Below are positions 25,556 to 29,532 of a stretch of DNA of 29,532 bases, piece after piece; positions within the stretch are counted from its first letter, which is position 1, and the number at the start of each line of letters is the position of its first letter. The stretch is from Candidatus Acetothermia bacterium (lineage in GTDB: Bacteria; Bipolaricaulota; Bipolaricaulia; M55B111): the NCBI GenBank assembly GCA_046543235.1, contig JBKGZT010000010.1:1-29532 (forward strand), in the 5' to 3' direction. The notes below the pieces were generated by a model. It did not search any database. It had not been told where the DNA came from and saw only the letters and a program-made list of their open reading frames with translations. The position numbers and the translations under genes were made by a program.

Positions 25556-28072
25556 CTACCCTTTTAAGTCCTGAAAGGACAGCTCTCTTCCGCCCAGCTC
25601 CCGGACCGCTCCGTTTTTCGTTCCCTCGTCCACGGTAAGGACAAGAAGCTGCCATCCCTCCTCGACGAAGGGACGCAAAGCTTCTATCGCTTTTTTCTTT
25701 CTCTTTTCGTGGTAAAACAGGAAGGGATCGTCCAGCACGAGGAAGCCGGGCTCGGGGGCAACCTCCTTTACCAGGGCCAGCCTGACCGAGAGTAATAAGT
25801 GTTTCTTTGCCCCGCTGCTCAGGTCGTTTTCGGGATAAGATAGTTCCTTTTCCCGTACTATAAATTCCTTGTTTTCGTGCTCGAAGTCGAGTTCGAACCT
25901 TTCCCCCATCACCTGCGCGAAGAGGCCCCGAACGGTGCACTCTTCGGAATCGCCGGAAACGAACCTGTCGATACTTTTGAGGTAATTGTTACCAGTCTCC
26001 TCGAGGGTTTCACGGGCAATGCTACCGGCGATCCTGTCCCTGATGAATTCCTTTAGTTTTCTCTCTGCCTCAATTTTTCTTTTAAAAAGTTCTCCCGGCT
26101 TATTCGAGTCCACGCCGAACCCGGCCAGTTCCGCCTTCGCCCTCCGAAGTTCTTCCCGCTTTTCTTTGATCTTCTCACGTTTTTCCGTGATTTCCTCAGC
26201 TAACTCCTCCAGGTCCCGGGTAAAGCGACTTTCCAGTTCTCCTAGCTCGGAGGTTTCCTCCCGAGGTTCGAGCGCTTGATCTTCTCCCTCTCTCCTGAGT
26301 TCTTCGATCCTCCTTCGGGCACGGGACTGGAGGTTTTCCTCTTTTAATTCTTCTAGGTCCAGTTCGGCTTGCAGTTTCTCTTCTTCCCTGCGGAGGCTTT
26401 CCCTGAGGTCCTCTTTCTCCTTCAGCTTTTCCTTTAGGCTTGAGAGGTCGGATAGGTTCGTCTTTTCCCTTAAATCCGCAAGCTCAGCTTTCCCTTCCTC
26501 GATCTTTTCTTTGATCCCGGAGATCTCTTTTTCGAGTCTCTCCCGATCGGATTGAAGTTCTTCGATCTCTTCCGGTAGTCGCTTTTTCCTTTCCTTCAGC
26601 TCCGCAAGTTCTTTTTCTACGGAACTTTTTTCCGTTTTTATTTCTTCGAGGGATTTCTCCCCCTTGACCCTTTCCTCCATCCGGAAGGGAACCTCTTCCA
26701 TTACTCGTTTGATTTCGTCCGTTCCCCTGATCCTCCGTTCGAAAAGGGAGCCGAATTTAGAGTTAAAATCACGACGTATTTCCTCCTTCAACATCCGGAT
26801 CTCTTCTTTTAGATCGTCGTAGTCCCTTGCCCTTTTGAGAGCCACTACGATGGTCAAGAGGCCGCCCAGGGAAAGAAGCCCCAGAAACCAGTAATAGAGA
26901 AGTCCTCCCAGGAGTCCGGCAGCCACCAGGGCCAAGGAAACCGCACCGATCGTTCCCCGGCGGTCGGCCCAGAATTCGAGCGCCCCGCGTCTTTCCTCAA
27001 GGAGGTTTAACCTTTCCAGTGGCTCCCGGACGTTCTCTCTCAAAGTCGTCGAGGCGCTCCGCCTTGCTTCCTTGGCGGCTCTTTTTCCCTTCGCGATTTT
27101 CTCCTTTAGGTTCCTCTTTCTTTCCCTTTTCTCCCTTAACCTTTTATCGATTTCGTTTTCCAGCAGTTCCTTTTTGTTCTCGATTCGTCTATTTAGTTCC
27201 TTCAGCCTTTTTTCGGGACGCTTCCCCCTGTAGTCAGGCCTGGAAAGCCTCTTCCTGTTTCTTTCCAGCTTTTCCTTTGCCTCTTGCCAGGCTTCCTCGT
27301 CCTCCGATGATATCCTCCCGTATTTTTCCAGCTGGTTATCCAGGTCATCAATCCGGGCCAGGGCCTGCTCCAGCTTCTCGGCCCGAACGAGTTGTAGTTT
27401 CACCTCGAGGCTCTCCTCTCTTTCTTCCAGTTCCTCCAGGGTTTCTTCCTGCTCCTCTATCTCGGTCCGGAGTTTTCTCACCTGATGGAGCGTTTTTTCC
27501 GCCCTGGAAAAATCTTCCAGGAAGGGGAGGATTTCCTCTTGGACGGCTTCCTTTATCTTTGGTGGATGAGTCGTCTTCCTGTTGCTCCAGTTGTTGCTCC
27601 CGGTTATTCTGAACTCCTCTCGTAAATCCCTGTCCATCCTGGCGATCTTGTCGGTTCCGGCCCCGGCTACCAGAGAGGCAACGGCGTTGAAGACCGAATT
27701 TCGCTCGCCGTTTCCCCTTACCAGTCGGTGGTCTCCCGCCCGTATGCATAGCAGCCGAAAGAGCTCTTCTTCCGGCCAGCCAAATAGTTCTTTTAACTCG
27801 ATTTCCTCTTTTGAGTGGGTGCCGAAAGAGAAGTTGGTTCCGCCTTTTCTTACTTCTATGTTCACCCGGGGCGGATCTCCGTTATTGAATCTACTGTAGT
27901 TGCGAAAGAGTTTTGACCCCTTTCTCGGTATAAACAGGTGACGGATTAATACGTCCACGAGCGCTGTCTTCCCTGCCATGTTGTCGTCGTAAACGACAGC
28001 CACGTCCGGTGGTATCCAGTCCAGTCCGCGAAGAGGTCCATAGTTGTCCACGGTGATCCTTTCCAGTCTCAT
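25556..28072 (-). CDS. SMC-like ABC ATPase (Rad50/SbcC/YhaN-like) with central transmembrane hairpin
   Basis: MRLERITVDNYG, Walker A DNMAGKT, long coiled coils, signature LSSG, Walker B LVLDDPF; hydrophobic stretch at aa ~374-412. Confidence 0.85.
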   Translation of the reverse strand: MRLERITVDNYGPLRGLDWIPPDVAVVYDDNMAGKTALVDVLIRHLFIPRKGSKLFRNYSRFNNGDPPRVNIEVRKGGTNFSFGTHSKEEIELKELFGWPEEELFRLLCIRAGDHRLVRGNGERNSVFNAVASLVAGAGTDKIARMDRDLREEFRITGSNNWSNRKTTHPPKIKEAVQEEILPFLEDFSRAEKTLHQVRKLRTEIEEQEETLEELEEREESLEVKLQLVRAEKLEQALARIDDLDNQLEKYGRISSEDEEAWQEAKEKLERNRKRLSRPDYRGKRPEKRLKELNRRIENKKELLENEIDKRLREKRERKRNLKEKIAKGKRAAKEARRSASTTLRENVREPLERLNLLEERRGALEFWADRRGTIGAVSLALVAAGLLGGLLYYWFLGLLSLGGLLTIVVALKRARDYDDLKEEIRMLKEEIRRDFNSKFGSLFERRIRGTDEIKRVMEEVPFRMEERVKGEKSLEEIKTEKSSVEKELAELKERKKRLPEEIEELQSDRERLEKEISGIKEKIEEGKAELADLREKTNLSDLSSLKEKLKEKEDLRESLRREEEKLQAELDLEELKEENLQSRARRRIEELRREGEDQALEPREETSELGELESRFTRDLEELAEEITEKREKIKEKREELRRAKAELAGFGVDSNKPGELFKRKIEAERKLKEFIRDRIAGSIARETLEETGNNYLKSIDRFVSGDSEECTVRGLFAQVMGERFELDFEHENKEFIVREKELSYPENDLSSGAKKHLLLSVRLALVKEVAPEPGFLVLDDPFLFYHEKRKKKAIEALRPFVEEGWQLLVLTVDEGTKNGAVRELGGRELSFQDLKG

Positions 28073-28094
28073 CCGGATCCCGCCGTTTTAAAGG

Positions 28095-29270
28095 TCAATT
28101 GAGCCGGTCCGAAATTACCTTTAGGCTCTTCTTTAGAGCCCTCTTCTTTATTTCGGGGAACTCCCCGTCGACGATTTCTCTAAACAGGTCGGCGTAACGG
28201 CTTTCGTCTTCCTGAAGGATTTCGTTCAGGTCGACTTCGGAGCGATCGAGAAGCTCGATTCCCTCTATGAAACGCCTTGAAAACGGTTCGACCAGTTGCT
28301 CGTCCGCGGCCGCGTTCCAGTTCAGTTGGACGGAATGGAACGTGGTCTCGAATTCTCTCCTGACCTTTTCCAATTTTCCTTTTAGTTCGACGTAGTCCTT
28401 TTTGGGAACGAACCCGTTTATCTCCACCGTTAGCGAGCACCGCTCGTCCCCTTTGGCATTACTAAGGATTTCTCGAAGCTCTTCGGGTAGATCATCGCCG
28501 TATCCCGGGACTGAAAACAGGGATTTCTTCCTGTGATACCAGGAACCTTCCGAAGTAACTTCTCTTTTCTCGAATTGGACCTTCTCGCCCCCCGAAGTTC
28601 TCAACAGCCAGTACCATTTTCTACCGTTTTCCTTCCTGCTGGTCGGTAGTGGAGATCCCGGGTAGAGGAATTTAGTTTCCTCCGCCTCCAGGTGGCTTGC
28701 CTGATGCCAGTGCCCTATTATCACGCAATCGTAGTCCAAATCAGCAAAATCCCTTCGGAAAATCAGGTGGTCGTTTTCTTCCTCCTGGAGCTCGATTTCC
28801 TCGAAAATACGACTCCGCTCCGGGTCGACGAGGCTGCCGTGGGTCAAAAGGATTGTGGTATCCTCCTCGGGGTTGTCAGGATTTCTTTCCGTAAGGGCTT
28901 TCCGGCTTCTCCCCTTTCTGTAAGGAAGTCCGGTTATCCTGGCATCCTCTTCGTCTCCCGAAATCTTGGCCGGGTTGTCGTTCTCACCCAGTACCCTGAA
29001 GTTCTTCCCGGTATGGGCTGAATTCGTCAGGTGAGAGTCGTGGTTGCCGGGAACGGTCAAAACGGGGAATTCGATCCCGCCTTCCTCGAGCCAGGGGAGT
29101 AACTTTTCATTCAAAGTTTGGAAGGCGTCTTTATCGTCGAAGAGGTCGCCCCCTATCAGCATTCCGTCCACGTCTTCGTTCGAGCCCTGTTCAACCAGCC
29201 AGCGAAATGCCTTTATCCGTTCGGGCGCTCCTTCCTGAAGGTGGAGATCGGCCGTGACGAGAAATTTCAT
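28095..29270 (-). CDS. Mre11/SbcD/YhaO-like metallophosphoesterase nuclease
   Basis: ADLHL, GGDLFD, PGNHD, LTHG, GHWH, YPGSP motifs; directly upstream of the SMC ATPase. Confidence 0.9.
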   Translation of the reverse strand: MKFLVTADLHLQEGAPERIKAFRWLVEQGSNEDVDGMLIGGDLFDDKDAFQTLNEKLLPWLEEGGIEFPVLTVPGNHDSHLTNSAHTGKNFRVLGENDNPAKISGDEEDARITGLPYRKGRSRKALTERNPDNPEEDTTILLTHGSLVDPERSRIFEEIELQEEENDHLIFRRDFADLDYDCVIIGHWHQASHLEAEETKFLYPGSPLPTSRKENGRKWYWLLRTSGGEKVQFEKREVTSEGSWYHRKKSLFSVPGYGDDLPEELREILSNAKGDERCSLTVEINGFVPKKDYVELKGKLEKVRREFETTFHSVQLNWNAAADEQLVEPFSRRFIEGIELLDRSEVDLNEILQEDESRYADLFREIVDGEFPEIKKRALKKSLKVISDRLN

Positions 29271-29532
29271 GGATATTTGCCCCGGTTTCCTCCCATTAGT
29301 TCGGCTTTAACCCGATAATTATACCGAATCTCCCGGTTCAAAAAAGCTGTCCTTCGGAATCCGTCTATTAATGGGGGTTTATAGTACGCAGTTCCTCTAT
29401 CAAAATATAACTCATTGGTTTCCTCAAACTCCATCTCTAACGCTCAGTCAGGGGTACCCGAACCTTCTCCAGAGTTTTTTTGCCGGCCACGAGGTCGTAT
29501 CCTGGATAAAGAATTGAGTTGAAAAGATCAGG

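Noticed and set aside
27019-27612. Long antisense ORFs (also 5739..6263, 6916..7413, 13870..14346, 22618..23142)
   Set aside because: Ser/Phe/Pro-rich mirror frames of well-supported genes; no motifs
25556-29270. Lamassu or Wadjet defence system
   Set aside because: No LmuA-type effector or JetABD genes; the partner is an Mre11/SbcD-type phosphoesterase and the context is housekeeping
29267-29296. 9-codon uORF MGGNRGKYP overlapping the nuclease start (ATGA)
   Set aside because: Too short and lacks its own SD; easily arises by chance
1-29532. CRISPR arrays, tRNA/rRNA, IS elements, integrases, prophage genes
   Set aside because: No regularly spaced repeats, cloverleaf motifs or mobile-element proteins seen; nearly all sequence is explained by housekeeping CDS

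Overview
A 29.5 kb stretch of bacterial core chromosome. I found no tRNA/rRNA, CRISPR array, transposase or prophage. Gene order: rpsT (missed by the ORF track, apparently ATT start), secF-recJ, a convergent WecA/TagO-like::TagA fusion, a four-subunit pyruvate/2-oxoacid:ferredoxin oxidoreductase operon (gamma-delta-alpha-beta), a minus-strand regulatory block (stand-alone response regulator, PAS histidine kinase, Crp/Fnr, Lrp/AsnC), guaA, folP, an amphi-Trp protein, a ribE-ribBA-ribH-hisS-aldo/keto reductase operon (no ribD, no FMN riboswitch), yidC-jag-mnmE-SigB/F-like sigma factor-small ORF, an MTH1187 protein, radC, and an Mre11/SbcD-like nuclease plus Rad50/SbcC/YhaN-like SMC ATPase. Many proteins look strongly acidic, suggesting an anaerobic halophile (Ca. 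Bipolaricaulota/Acetothermia-like is my guess, not demonstrated). Most unusual items: (1) an SMC ATPase with a transmembrane hairpin where the Rad50 zinc hook should be, and apparently swapped D-loop/H-loop residues; (2) a catalytically dead WecA/TagO-like domain fused to TagA; (3) an ATT-initiated rpsT; (4) a leaderless Lrp gene; (5) a candidate structured ncRNA at 8209-8295; (6) a uORF-containing rib operon leader. All family assignments are from motif recognition by eye; no database searches were run.
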